This document shows positions 24,432 to 33,808 of a stretch of 51,895 bases of DNA, in pieces. Source of the DNA: a bacterium (GTDB taxonomy: Bacteria; Patescibacteriota; Microgenomatia; UBA12405). Position numbers and translations under genes: made by a program. The stretch's first letter is position 1. Each line of letters opens with the position of its first letter. Below the pieces are notes generated by a model that saw only the letters and a program-made list of their open reading frames with translations, was not told the origin of the DNA and ran no database searches. Location of the stretch: assembly GCA_029561175.1 (NCBI GenBank), contig JAKQJL010000041.1:1-51895 (forward strand). Direction: 5' to 3'.

Positions 24432-24547
24432 TTAAGAATTGTTCCCAAAAATGGGACAATACCAGATAGTAACAGAGCGCTCATTGCTACAATTAAAATT
24501 CCTTTTTCGATTGTTTTTCGACGAACTTTTCTGCCCAAGATTCTCAT
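24428..24547 (-). CDS. Candidate 39-aa membrane micro-protein translationally coupled to the PBP gene
   Basis: Not in the ORF track (under 60 aa). MRILGRKVRRKTIEKGILIVAMSALLLSGIVPFLGTILK: basic N-terminus plus one TM. Its TGA overlaps the PBP ATG (ATGA at 24428-24431). Confidence 0.4.
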   Translation of the reverse strand: MRILGRKVRRKTIEKGILIVAMSALLLSGIVPFLGTILK

Positions 24548-24568
24548 AACTAAATGATAACATAAGCT

Positions 24569-26530
24569 GTGGATTTAACTTTAAGCTCTCTTCCCAAAAT
24601 TGGACCAGCCAGCATCAAAAAATTAGCCAATTTAAATATCACCACTTCGCTCGATCTACTTTACCATTTACCTTTTCGATACCTCGATTTTTCAAAAATA
24701 ACCACTATCGACAATTTGTCGGAAAATGATTTTGTTACCATTCAAGGCCAAATTATTGATTTCCAAAATATCTATACTCGTTTTGGCAAAAATCTTCAAA
24801 AAGCCATCATTAAAGATAAAACCGGAGTCATTACTGCTATTTGGTTTAACTCTCCCTTTTTGTCAAAATCACTAACCATTGGTCAAACTATTTCTTTAGC
24901 CGGACAAGTTAATCTTTACCAACATAAATTTAGTCTTTTTACTCCATATATTGGCAATTCAACTGGAAAAATAATCCCTATTTATCACGAAACCAAAGGT
25001 TTATCTTCTTCTTGGTTTCGAAATATTTTTTCACTTAATTTATTAAAATTAATTTCGTCTATTTCCGACCCATTACCAGTTGATATTCAAAAAAAATATC
25101 AACTTTTATCCTTACCATTAGCTCTTAAAAACATTCATCAACCCCAAAATCAATCACTTTTAGATCAGGCCATCAATAGATTATCTCTTAATGAAATACT
25201 TTCTCTCCAAGTTACCTCCAAATTTATTAAAGAAAAACAACAAGCATCTTCTGTTCACCGCCAACTTAAGTCAGTTAAATTACCTTTAAACTCTTTGCCT
25301 TTTTCCCTTACCAACAGTCAACATCAAGTTATTTCCGAAGTTCTTTCTGATTTAGTAAAAAGCTCTCCAGCCAATCGATTAATCCAAGGTGATGTTGGTT
25401 CTGGAAAAACAGTTGTTGCCTTGGCAGCCGCTTATTTTGTCCAAAAAAATCGTCAATTATCTATCCTAATGGCCCCCACTGACATTCTTGCCAATCAACA
25501 CTACCTAACAGCTAAAAAACTTTTTCCTAAACTAAAAATAAGCTTATTAACCAGTTCTCATCAAGATCAAATTCCTCAAACAGGATTATTAATATCTACT
25601 CACGCTGTAATTTATCATCAAAAAAAACTGCCACCCGTTAGTTTGTTAATTATCGACGAGCAACATAAGTTTGGTGTTCTCCAGCGATCCTTTCTCAACC
25701 ACCAAGCCAACCCACCTCATTTGCTTACCATGACCGCCACTCCCATCCCTCGATCCATTGGCTTAACTGTTTTAAAACATCTCGATCTCTCTTATTTAGA
25801 TACTATTCCTCAAAACCGTCCAATAATCAAATCTTTTCTGGTTCCACCCTCAAAAGAAAAAGATTGTTTTCAATGGTTATCAAACCACCTTCAAACCACC
25901 AAACAACAAGGTTTCGTCGTTTGCCCGTTTATTGAAGAATCTGAAAACTTAGAGTCGGTAAAAGCAGCCACTACTACTTATGAAAATTTAAAAATAGTTT
26001 TGCCAGATTTAAAAATTGCCCTAATCCACGGCAAAACAAAAACTGAAGATCGTCAAAAAATATTAGCTGATTTTGCCAAAAATAAAATCAACCTCTTAGT
26101 TACAACCCCAATTATTGAAGTTGGCATCGATTACCCCAATGCCACAGTAATGATCATTCAATCTGCCGACCGATTTGGTTTAGCCCAGCTCCACCAATTA
26201 CGTGGCCGAGTTGGTCGAAGTCAACTTCAAAGCTATTGTTATTTTTTCTCAGCCACCAAAAATCAACCAGCCATTAATCGCCTAAAATATCTCATAAATC
26301 ATCATTCTGGACTCGAGATTGCCACCTACGATCTCCAAACCAGGGGGCCAGGCGAAATCTTTTCTCTAATTCAGCATGGTTTTCCTTCTTTAAAACTTGC
26401 TTCTATTAATCAAACTAATTTAATCAACCAAGCCGATCAATTAATAAACGATATCTCCTTAAGTTACCCCAACTATGACTTTCATCAGTTAACAGCAAAT
26501 TCCACTCAACTTGATCGAATTAGCAATTAA
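24569..26530 (+). CDS. recG: ATP-dependent DNA helicase RecG
   Basis: Wedge/OB N-terminus; helicase motifs GDVGSGKTVVA, DEQHKFG and MTATPIPR; QLHQLRGRVGRS. GTG start 5 nt after TGaTAACAT. Confidence 0.9.
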   Translation: MDLTLSSLPKIGPASIKKLANLNITTSLDLLYHLPFRYLDFSKITTIDNLSENDFVTIQGQIIDFQNIYTRFGKNLQKAIIKDKTGVITAIWFNSPFLSKSLTIGQTISLAGQVNLYQHKFSLFTPYIGNSTGKIIPIYHETKGLSSSWFRNIFSLNLLKLISSISDPLPVDIQKKYQLLSLPLALKNIHQPQNQSLLDQAINRLSLNEILSLQVTSKFIKEKQQASSVHRQLKSVKLPLNSLPFSLTNSQHQVISEVLSDLVKSSPANRLIQGDVGSGKTVVALAAAYFVQKNRQLSILMAPTDILANQHYLTAKKLFPKLKISLLTSSHQDQIPQTGLLISTHAVIYHQKKLPPVSLLIIDEQHKFGVLQRSFLNHQANPPHLLTMTATPIPRSIGLTVLKHLDLSYLDTIPQNRPIIKSFLVPPSKEKDCFQWLSNHLQTTKQQGFVVCPFIEESENLESVKAATTTYENLKIVLPDLKIALIHGKTKTEDRQKILADFAKNKINLLVTTPIIEVGIDYPNATVMIIQSADRFGLAQLHQLRGRVGRSQLQSYCYFFSATKNQPAINRLKYLINHHSGLEIATYDLQTRGPGEIFSLIQHGFPSLKLASINQTNLINQADQLINDISLSYPNYDFHQLTANSTQLDRISN

Positions 26531-26532
26531 CT

Positions 26533-26541
26533 TGTTATAAT
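26533..26541 (+). promoter_or_regulatory. Extended -10 box 6 nt upstream of the rpmF ATG
   Basis: TGtTATAAT, hexamer 26536-26541; ATG at 26548. Confidence 0.5.
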
Positions 26542-26547
26542 AACCCC

Positions 26548-26703
26548 ATGACAGCATTACCTAAACATCGTCCTTCTAGCCGCCGACAAGGTCGTCGACG
26601 CGCTACTCATACTGCTACAACACTCGCCAAAATCGTAGTTTGTAAGCATTGTAATCAACCTAAAAAAGTTGGTTTTGAGTGTGCCAATTGTAAACAATCG
26701 TGA
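26548..26703 (+). CDS. rpmF: 50S ribosomal protein L32
   Basis: Not in the ORF track (51 aa). MTALPKHRPSSRRQGRRRATH...CKHCNQPKKVGFECANCKQS, with a Zn-ribbon CxxC...CxxC. The TGA stop overlaps the nusB GTG. Confidence 0.85.
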   Translation: MTALPKHRPSSRRQGRRRATHTATTLAKIVVCKHCNQPKKVGFECANCKQS

Positions 26704-27083
26704 AATCAAAATTAGATCCACGCCATCAACGTCGTATTAAAAACATGCAAATGCTTTTTGCCTACGACGCTGAACAACACAATCAATTAAACCCAGAACA
26801 ACAAGATATTGTTTCTAAACTCGATCAAATCGATCAACATATCTCTGTAAATGCGCCCAAATGGCCAATTGACCAAATCAATAAAATTGATTTAGCAATT
26901 TTAAGACTTTCTATCTGGGAATTGCTCTATAACCAATCAGTTCCTCCTAAAGTTGTAGTCGACGAAGCCGTCGAAATCGCCAAAGAATTTGGTACTGAAA
27001 CTAGTTTTGGTTTTGTCAATGGTGTTTTAGGCAGCGTTATTAAAACCATTTCTCCAGATGGAACTTCAAACTCTTCAAAATAA
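26700..27083 (+). CDS. nusB: Transcription antitermination factor NusB
   Basis: RHQRRIKNMQMLFAYD...LAILRLSIWELLY...PPKVVVDEAVEIAKEFG. Confidence 0.85.
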   Translation: MKSKLDPRHQRRIKNMQMLFAYDAEQHNQLNPEQQDIVSKLDQIDQHISVNAPKWPIDQINKIDLAILRLSIWELLYNQSVPPKVVVDEAVEIAKEFGTETSFGFVNGVLGSVIKTISPDGTSNSSK

Positions 27084-27744
27084 TCTTGGCTATTTTTTTA
27101 AAAATATTGATCTTCTAAATCAATCTTTAGTTCACCGATCATATTTAAACGAAAATCGAAATATCTATTCTCACAGCAACGAACGACTTGAGTTTTTGGG
27201 AGATGCTGTTCTCGAACTTTGGACTACCAATTATTTATATCTCAACTTTCCTGAATTAGAGGAGGGGAGCCTTACTAATCAACGATCATTAGCAGTTAGA
27301 ACAGAAAATTTAGCCGAAATTGCCAAACAAATAGATCTTGGTCAATTTATATTTTTAAGCCATGGAGAAGAAAAACACCAAGGACGAGACAATATTTCAA
27401 TTTTAGCTGACACTTTCGAAAGTATTTTGGGAGCTATTTATCTTGATAGTGGCTTCAATTCTATCGATCAAGTTTTAACCAAGCTATTAACTCCAAGTTT
27501 AATCAAAATTGCTAATCAAAAAAACATTAAAGATCCAAAAAGTTATTTTCAAGAACTAGCACAAAAGAAAACTAACATTACCCCTCATTATCAAACAATT
27601 TCAGAATCCGGGCCCGATCATCAAAAAGTTTTTACCGTTGGTTTGTATATTGGTGATCAACAAATCTCTACCGGAAAAGGTAACTCAAAGCAAAAAGCTG
27701 AAGAATCTGCCGCTCTATCTGGGATAGATTCATTTAAAAATTAA
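27058..27744 (+). CDS. rnc: Ribonuclease III
   Basis: Signature ERLEFLGDAVLE, FESILGAIYLD, and C-terminal dsRBD (GPDHQKVFTV...GKGNSKQKAEESAA). Confidence 0.93.
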   Translation: MELQTLQNNLGYFFKNIDLLNQSLVHRSYLNENRNIYSHSNERLEFLGDAVLELWTTNYLYLNFPELEEGSLTNQRSLAVRTENLAEIAKQIDLGQFIFLSHGEEKHQGRDNISILADTFESILGAIYLDSGFNSIDQVLTKLLTPSLIKIANQKNIKDPKSYFQELAQKKTNITPHYQTISESGPDHQKVFTVGLYIGDQQISTGKGNSKQKAEESAALSGIDSFKN

Positions 27745-27760
27745 AATTTAAAAATTAATC

Positions 27761-27769
27761 TGATATAAT
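27761..27769 (+). promoter_or_regulatory. Extended -10 box 7 nt upstream of the rpsP ATG
   Basis: TGaTATAAT, hexamer 27764-27769; ATG at 27777. Confidence 0.5.
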
Positions 27770-27776
27770 TCCACGT

Positions 27777-28037
27777 ATGCTTAAAATCAAATTATTACCA
27801 AAAGGTCAAACTCACCAAAGAACTTATCGAGTTGTTGTCAGCGAATGCCGTTCAAAAAGCAATGGCAAATATATTGCTGATTTAGGTTTTTATACTCCTC
27901 AAACAAAAACAATTAGTATCGACCAAACTCTTTTAACCACTTGGGTTAAAAATGGTGCCCAATTAACCGAAGGGGTCGATAAATTAATCAATCCTGATAA
28001 ATATCCTCGTAAAAAGAAAGTTGCCAAAAAAGCATGA
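27777..28037 (+). CDS. rpsP: 30S ribosomal protein S16
   Basis: MLKIKLLPKGQTHQRTYRVVVSE...GFYTP. Confidence 0.9.
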   Translation: MLKIKLLPKGQTHQRTYRVVVSECRSKSNGKYIADLGFYTPQTKTISIDQTLLTTWVKNGAQLTEGVDKLINPDKYPRKKKVAKKA

Positions 28038-28267
28038 ACACCATCAATCAAACTCTCCAATACTTAATCAAAGCTATCGTTGCCAATCCTGATGATGTGG
28101 TGATTGAAGAAAGAGTTGAGGGCGATCAAACTATTTTTGAAATTTCTGCCCCCAAAGAAATGATTGGTCAAATCATTGGTAAAGAAGGCAAAATAATCAA
28201 ATCACTTCGAACCATACTTAATCTCTGCTACCCTAATACTCGCTATAATCTCGAAATTAAAGAGTAA
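28034..28267 (+). CDS. KH-domain RNA-binding protein (YlqC/UPF0109 type)
   Basis: GQIIGKEGKIIKSLRTIL (GxxG KH loop). Conserved position after rpsP. Confidence 0.8.
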   Translation: MNTINQTLQYLIKAIVANPDDVVIEERVEGDQTIFEISAPKEMIGQIIGKEGKIIKSLRTILNLCYPNTRYNLEIKE

Positions 28268-29021
28268 ACGGATCGTTTCTTTCAAACTTGGTAAAATCTT
28301 TCTTGGTTTCAAAACTACCTTCAATTGCTGAAATATTTTCCATCATGGTAAAGTTGCTCAACTTATTAATAACCTCCGATTCTTCTTTTTTCATCGTTAA
28401 TTCAGCTAAAGTCAATTTTTCGTTGGCCAAGACATCTTTATTCTCGATATAAAAAGCCGATAGGGTCATCTCCATTTCAATCGTATTCGAATTATTGCTT
28501 TTAATTTTAAAATCATCCACCGACAATACTGGCAAACTCTTCTCCAAGCCTTCAATTAGATCATATTGTTTTTCTTTATCACCAATCAGTTTAACGTTCA
28601 CTGGAATTCTCGAGATTCCGCCTACTGATGATTTTTGTTGATCTTGATTAAGATTACCAATAGAAATATTAAAACTATCAACTCCAAAACCATATCGATC
28701 AGCAATTTTTCTGACAATATTTACCAACAAATAAGAATTTTTTTCCGGTAACAAAGAATTATTTACAAACCCAGCATTTTTTTGTAATTCATTTTGATCT
28801 AACGAGGCTAAATAGTCAACTTTTGCCCTCAAGTCCTTAGTTTCTTTTTCGATTTTTTGATTAGAACCAGACATTAATTTAAATTTATCAATTTGCGGAG
28901 TAATTACCAATCCAATCGACAAAATTAAACTTATTGTTACTAAAAATGGCAAAAAGAAAACTTTAATTAAACCGCTATCTAAACCAAATAATGTTTCTGG
29001 AATTTCAAGATTTAGTTTCAT
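28257..29021 (-). CDS. PilO-like pilus assembly protein
   Basis: Single TM after a short N-terminus, then a coiled coil and a C-terminal domain. ATGA overlap with pilN. Position completes a pilM-N-O order. Confidence 0.5.
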   Translation of the reverse strand: MKLNLEIPETLFGLDSGLIKVFFLPFLVTISLILSIGLVITPQIDKFKLMSGSNQKIEKETKDLRAKVDYLASLDQNELQKNAGFVNNSLLPEKNSYLLVNIVRKIADRYGFGVDSFNISIGNLNQDQQKSSVGGISRIPVNVKLIGDKEKQYDLIEGLEKSLPVLSVDDFKIKSNNSNTIEMEMTLSAFYIENKDVLANEKLTLAELTMKKEESEVINKLSNFTMMENISAIEGSFETKKDFTKFERNDPFTL

Positions 29022-29563
29022 TTCATTGACACCTCCATTTCAAGATTCCAAACACCGTTTTTAACCATAACATCAATAATTTTAGCTTTATTAAAAAATT
29101 CATTATTACCTTTATTTATCTCAAAAACTAGTTTTTCAAATTCATCCACACTAGTTCCATCATTAGCCAAAGCTTTAATATCAAAAACACCTTTCTTAGT
29201 CATTTTAAAATCACTCATACTTATCCCATTTGGCAATAATAATTTTAAAGCTTTAAATGCTTTTGAGTATTCAAATCTAGAAGCAATCACTCCACCAATC
29301 ATTTTTGCTCGATACTTTAAGTTTTGGCTAGTAATTACCGACTCTGCTAACCCCTGATAATCTGTTTTAACCAGCTCATATCGTCTTTCTAAAGTTTTTT
29401 TTCTAACACTCACTACAATGTTCAGAATAATTACTACTACCAATACCAAACACCAAACTCCAGAAACCGCGATCATGTAAACTTTTGTTTTCCCCACCAA
29501 TTCAACCTTTCTCTTTTGAAATTTAGCTTTCGACGGTAATAAATTCAAATTCATCTCGTTCAT
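29018..29563 (-). CDS. pilN: PilN-like fimbrial assembly protein
   Basis: The start was moved to the ATG at 29563 (MNEMNLNLLPSKAKF...), which overlaps the pilM TGA (ATGA). Has the typical INLLP-type N-terminus plus one TM. Confidence 0.65.
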   Translation of the reverse strand: MNEMNLNLLPSKAKFQKRKVELVGKTKVYMIAVSGVWCLVLVVVIILNIVVSVRKKTLERRYELVKTDYQGLAESVITSQNLKYRAKMIGGVIASRFEYSKAFKALKLLLPNGISMSDFKMTKKGVFDIKALANDGTSVDEFEKLVFEINKGNNEFFNKAKIIDVMVKNGVWNLEMEVSMK

Positions 29564-30588
29564 GGTATTTCTCTTAGTGCCAATCCAACAGCTAAACAAT
29601 ATCGACAACCATCAGAATTAAAATCAATGGGAACAGTAATCTTAGAAGTATCCATTTTAATAAATGGTTGAATCACTTGAACTTCAACTCCCAAAATTTT
29701 TGTCAACTCTTCCGCCAACCCAGGCATATTTGCCCCTCCACCACTTAACACCAACAACTCCACCGGCTTACCTTGTTCTTCTCTAAAAGAAGCTAAAGCT
29801 CGACGAATTTCTTCAGCCATATTAGCAAACACTGGTAAAATCGCACTTTTAATTTTTCCCTCAAGTTCCATCTCTTTCATTCCATATGCCTTTTTGTACT
29901 CCTCAGCCGACGCCATATCCAACCCCAAATTAATCGAGATTGCTCGAGTTAAAGATTCACCACCAACCGACATTGCCCGAGTAAAATAAATATTTCCAGA
30001 ATTGATACTTATAATATCTGAATACTTTTCACCCATATCAATCAGCAATAAAGCGGCTTTATCAGACACGGTCAAATTAACTGTTCTTCTCATTGAAATT
30101 GCCGGTGACTCAATTGCCGCCAACTCTAACCCCACCATTTTAAACAATTTTACATAGCTAGCAATTAAATCATTTCTCGCGGCAATTGCAAAAACAGTCA
30201 ATCTTCCAGCATCATCTTTTTCAATTTCCTCATAATCGATTGATACTTCATTTAGAGGAAAGGGGACAAAGGTTTCAGCTTCAAACCGTAAAGCATCCAT
30301 AATTTCACCATCTTTTAGTGGTGGCAATCTAATTAATCTAGAAACAACCTCATCTTCCGGCAAACTTACTACTGCCTGTTTAGGTTTAATTTTTAAATCA
30401 TTTAATAAAGACTTAATCGCATTAGCCACTTCTTGCATCCCTTTGCCTTTTGATCCTTCTTTTACCCAATCACTTTTCGGATTTTTTGTCTCACCAATTG
30501 CTTCCAAAGAATACCCGGTTGCCATCTTACTGACACTTACAATCTTGATACTGCCAACGCCAATATCTACGCCAATTAAATTACTCAT
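29560..30588 (-). CDS. pilM: Type IV pilus assembly ATPase-fold protein PilM
   Basis: Actin/HSP70-like fold signatures IGVDIGVGSIKIV, LIDMGEKYSDI, LVLSGGGANMPGLAE. Confidence 0.85.
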   Translation of the reverse strand: MSNLIGVDIGVGSIKIVSVSKMATGYSLEAIGETKNPKSDWVKEGSKGKGMQEVANAIKSLLNDLKIKPKQAVVSLPEDEVVSRLIRLPPLKDGEIMDALRFEAETFVPFPLNEVSIDYEEIEKDDAGRLTVFAIAARNDLIASYVKLFKMVGLELAAIESPAISMRRTVNLTVSDKAALLLIDMGEKYSDIISINSGNIYFTRAMSVGGESLTRAISINLGLDMASAEEYKKAYGMKEMELEGKIKSAILPVFANMAEEIRRALASFREEQGKPVELLVLSGGGANMPGLAEELTKILGVEVQVIQPFIKMDTSKITVPIDFNSDGCRYCLAVGLALREIP

Positions 30589-30594
30589 AGAATC

Positions 30595-30600
30595 AGTATA
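30595..30600 (-). promoter_or_regulatory. -10 box 6 nt upstream of the pilM ATG
   Basis: Minus strand TATACT, then GATTCT, then ATG (30588). Confidence 0.4.
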
Positions 30601-30611
30601 AAGATATTTCT

Positions 30612-31406
30612 TTAATTACTCAACACCGACCCAAAAGAAGTTATTGGTTCTAGTAAAAACTCGGGCACTTGATATGTTTTTTTGATTGATAATTTTTGAT
30701 TGACCGATTTCACCGACACCTCTCCAGCATAACCAGTAGACCTAATCACTTCTCCTTGAATTGGGAAATTACTAGTTCCATTTAAAATTATAGCTGTGTT
30801 ACCAGTAATTGGCTTAACTACCACCAATAATGGCAATAAACCCGACAACTTACTAAGATTTACCACTCTTTTAAAGCCACTTCCACAACTATCACTAGCA
30901 CCAGCAAAACCACTGCCATCAAAATACCATCGTTTTACTTGATAATCACTAGCGCCATTTCTACCAAAACCATCAATTTTTACTTCACCTCCATAATCGT
31001 TTTCAACACACACATAGGTATTATTTAGATCACCGCTGTAGCTAGTATTGTAGTCAATACTTCCATTTGTATTATGCCCCACCAACCAAAATATCGCATT
31101 ATCTTTTTCTCTGGTTTCTTCGGTTATCGACCCTAATATCTCGGTCGATCCAATGTTCTCGGTTGTTATCTCAGCTTTAGTATTATCAAAATCAGAATTA
31201 TATTTCTTGTCTCCGGTACCCAAATAATATTCAATTCCAGATTCGGCCGCACTAAAGGCTTTTTTTAACAGCTCTTCATCTGTTGTCAATTTTGTTTCGG
31301 TTACTGTTTTTCGGCTTACTGATAACCCCAAAGTCATAATTACTGCCGATAACAACAAAACAATTAAAGCTACTTGTCCTTGATTTTTTTTATTCACTAA
31401 AATCAT
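30612..31406 (-). CDS. PilX-like pilus-associated protein
   Basis: N-terminus NQGQVALIVLLLSAVIMTLGLSVSRKT...AFSAAESGIEYYL resembles the PilX N-terminal domain (no Glu at +5). Confidence 0.5.
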   Translation of the reverse strand: MILVNKKNQGQVALIVLLLSAVIMTLGLSVSRKTVTETKLTTDEELLKKAFSAAESGIEYYLGTGDKKYNSDFDNTKAEITTENIGSTEILGSITEETREKDNAIFWLVGHNTNGSIDYNTSYSGDLNNTYVCVENDYGGEVKIDGFGRNGASDYQVKRWYFDGSGFAGASDSCGSGFKRVVNLSKLSGLLPLLVVVKPITGNTAIILNGTSNFPIQGEVIRSTGYAGEVSVKSVNQKLSIKKTYQVPEFLLEPITSFGSVLSN

Positions 31407-31412
31407 TATACT

Positions 31413-31925
31413 TTAATTTCTAATCCCTACACTAAAATTAAATAATTTTTTTGAATAATTTTCCACTCCCGCCAAAGTACTTCCACTATCCAAATAATAA
31501 GTAAATTCAACACTACTCACTTTGTCACCATCCACCGACGGCATAGTTGAACAACTAATAAATCGCTCACAATTAGAAACTTTAACCGCTTCATTAGTTA
31601 ACCAATTATTTATTTTTAAAATTCCAGACTGAGAAGAAATTCTGTCGTTATTACAAACAATACTAGTTATTCCCTGATCACTGCTATTAATAAAAGTAAT
31701 CGATGATCCCTGACCAACCGGACATAAAATACTATTAACTTCAGCCGCCAAGAGTAAATTTTTAATTTGTCTAGCTATTTCAGAAGAGTTTTGCTCAACA
31801 TTTTCCATTACTACTGTTCTATTTTTGGCTTTCAAAGTATTAATCATCATTAAGCTAGTGGCCGTCAGCAATACCCCCATTAGTGCCACCACCACCATCG
31901 TTTCAATTAAAGTAAACCCTTTCAT
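31413..31925 (-). CDS. Minor pilin (prepilin-type N-terminal cleavage/methylation domain)
   Basis: MKG/FTLIETMVVVALMGVLL, with Glu at +5. Confidence 0.75.
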   Translation of the reverse strand: MKGFTLIETMVVVALMGVLLTATSLMMINTLKAKNRTVVMENVEQNSSEIARQIKNLLLAAEVNSILCPVGQGSSITFINSSDQGITSIVCNNDRISSQSGILKINNWLTNEAVKVSNCERFISCSTMPSVDGDKVSSVEFTYYLDSGSTLAGVENYSKKLFNFSVGIRN

Positions 31926-32332
31926 TTGGCAAAATAACGACTAATTACCACCGAATCGCCACTTTCTTTCCAACTAACCGTTACATCCAACTTCGCCGCC
32001 GTAAACGTAAACTGGGTAGGAATATAGTTAATTTTAACCATATAGCTATAATCCGGATAACCACTTTTACTTTGTTTAACTTCATCAATTGCATTCCAAT
32101 AACCAACGTTCCAAAAATTTTCTGGTTGATTTTTTTCAATCACCACAAAATCTTCAATCACACTGGTAGCTAAATTAGTAGCCACTTTTCGATCAAAAGT
32201 TTTTGTTTTAGCACTTATTGATTGAGAAACCAGCTTAACCACTCCACCCACCAAAACCATTACAATAGTAATCGCAAAAACTGCTTCAATCAAACTTTGC
32301 CCTAAATTTAATTTATTTAGTTTGAAAATCAT
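31922..32332 (-). CDS. Minor pilin-like protein with a non-canonical +1 residue
   Basis: LNKLNLG/QSLIEAVFAITIVMVLVGG: Gly-Gln junction with Glu at +5. Confidence 0.55.
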   Translation of the reverse strand: MIFKLNKLNLGQSLIEAVFAITIVMVLVGGVVKLVSQSISAKTKTFDRKVATNLATSVIEDFVVIEKNQPENFWNVGYWNAIDEVKQSKSGYPDYSYMVKINYIPTQFTFTAAKLDVTVSWKESGDSVVISRYFAK

Positions 32333-32978
32333 CTTCTCCGCAACTAACCAACGTATAACATCTAGTATCTACATTATATAAAGCATTACAGGTAAAAGAT
32401 TTGCAATTTTCCCAACAACAAGTACTTTCTCGAGTGTAACAAACAGGAGTTGGAGTTGGTGTTGCTGTCGGGCTCTCTCTTCTTTCTTCAAAATTTTTTT
32501 TATTTTCACTAATTATCCCTCCAGAAGAAACACAAACCTCATACCCAACTTCTGAAGTTGGGTGAGAAATTACCACAGCCACAGTTTCATCAATTCCTAA
32601 AGGAACTCCAATATCTGAAACTAATTTTCCTTCTGGAGAAGAAAAAATAAAAGTCGCTTGATTCAAACTAACCCCCTTGGATGATATATTTTTTACAAAA
32701 TAACTTCCACCAACACCTAAATTAGCCTCTGCCGTAACCACCCCAGACTCAGAAACATTAACTCTGACATTGTTTAAATCAGTTACCATTTCATTTGGAC
32801 GCTGAGAAGTGATCGCATAATTCTTGGCTAGTTTTAACATATTTGCCAATTCGCTGGCAGCTTTATCTAATTCTTCCCGAATTAAAAAAGAATTAATTTT
32901 GGTAATTCCAGTCCCGATCACTATCATGCCGATGATAACTACTATCATCGTCTCAATAATCGTAAATCCTTTTTTCAT
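32313..32978 (-). CDS. Minor pilin (GspH/FimT-like) with a PT linker and a Cys-rich C-terminal module
   Basis: MKKG/FTIIETMIVVIIGMIV. C-terminus SPTATPTPTPVCYTRESTCCWENCKSFTCNALYNVDTRCYTLVSCGEDDFQTK. Confidence 0.75.
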   Translation of the reverse strand: MKKGFTIIETMIVVIIGMIVIGTGITKINSFLIREELDKAASELANMLKLAKNYAITSQRPNEMVTDLNNVRVNVSESGVVTAEANLGVGGSYFVKNISSKGVSLNQATFIFSSPEGKLVSDIGVPLGIDETVAVVISHPTSEVGYEVCVSSGGIISENKKNFEERRESPTATPTPTPVCYTRESTCCWENCKSFTCNALYNVDTRCYTLVSCGEDDFQTK

Positions 32979-33370
32979 TAAGGATTAGTCAATAGATAAT
33001 TGCAAGTAACGCTAGTTCCACAGCTTCCAATTCCCGCCGAATTAGTTGATCCCAAATCTTCAACATGAGCCCCCAAACTATAAGTATAAGCACTCGCTCG
33101 ATTGTAATAATAACTATAATCTTTGTTTGGATCAGCCAAAGTCGCCGACATCAAATTCATGGTCACCAAAGTATTTAAACTAGTAGGGTAAGTTGACCCA
33201 ACTTGCCGAGCCATTTCTAAGGCCACTCGATATTTTTCTAAATCTGCCATTCTTCTCGAATCCCTGGCTTTTTTATTCTGACCAGAATAACTTATCAAAC
33301 CCACCACCGAGATTACCATAATAATGGTAATCACCACTATTAACTCAATCAAACTAAAACCTTTTTTCAT
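32978..33370 (-). CDS. GspG/ComGC-like pilin paralogue 1
   Basis: MKKG/FSLIELIVVITII...NKKARDSRRMADLEKYRVALEMA. Confidence 0.8.
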   Translation of the reverse strand: MKKGFSLIELIVVITIIMVISVVGLISYSGQNKKARDSRRMADLEKYRVALEMARQVGSTYPTSLNTLVTMNLMSATLADPNKDYSYYYNRASAYTYSLGAHVEDLGSTNSAGIGSCGTSVTCNYLLTNP

Positions 33371-33372
33371 AT

Positions 33373-33795
33373 TTATTGCTGATTTTTAACGCAATACCAA
33401 TTCAAAGTTCCACTTGAAGCAAAAGCACAAGCATTTGTAGTCGAATTTCCCTTACCTTCCTCCATATACGCACAAATACAATAAGCACTGGTAGTTATTG
33501 TAGTTGGAAAAGTGTAATTACCACCTTTAGGATCAATCGGATAGCTCGCCAAAATTGTCTCTCCATTTCCAGCCACCCAAGTTCCGGTCGTCGTTGGATA
33601 AGCATAATTATTTTGGGAATAATACATCTCAGCGGCTTTCTGAACCGACTGCATATCTTGAATTCTTCTCGAGTCTCTGGCCTTTTTTTGTGCTGATGAA
33701 TACGACACTACTGCCAAAGCTACCATAATTCCAATAATTGAAATTGAAACTAGCAACTCAAACAAAGTAAAACCATTTTTATTTTTAATTTTCAT
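33373..33795 (-). CDS. GspG/ComGC-like pilin paralogue 2
   Basis: KNKNG/FTLFELLVSISIIG...QKKARDSRRIQDMQSVQKAAEMYY; 4 Cys in the C-terminal half. Confidence 0.8.
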   Translation of the reverse strand: MKIKNKNGFTLFELLVSISIIGIMVALAVVSYSSAQKKARDSRRIQDMQSVQKAAEMYYSQNNYAYPTTTGTWVAGNGETILASYPIDPKGGNYTFPTTITTSAYCICAYMEEGKGNSTTNACAFASSGTLNWYCVKNQQ

Positions 33796-33808
33796 TTTTA
33801 TTTAATTT

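Noticed and set aside
26701-26703. Alternative genetic code (UGA recoding, as in some CPR lineages)
   Set aside because: TGA functions as a stop for rpmF, nfeD (5103-5105), pilM (29560-29562) and the giant gene. Conserved proteins are full length under code 11 with no in-frame TGA needed.
31384-31391. A8 homopolymer in the 5' coding region of the PilX-like gene (also A7 at ~35363-35369 in a pilin leader) as a phase-variation switch
   Set aside because: These tracts encode the Lys-Lys of leader peptides, and A/T runs of this length are common throughout this AT-rich window. There is no evidence of length polymorphism from a single sequence.
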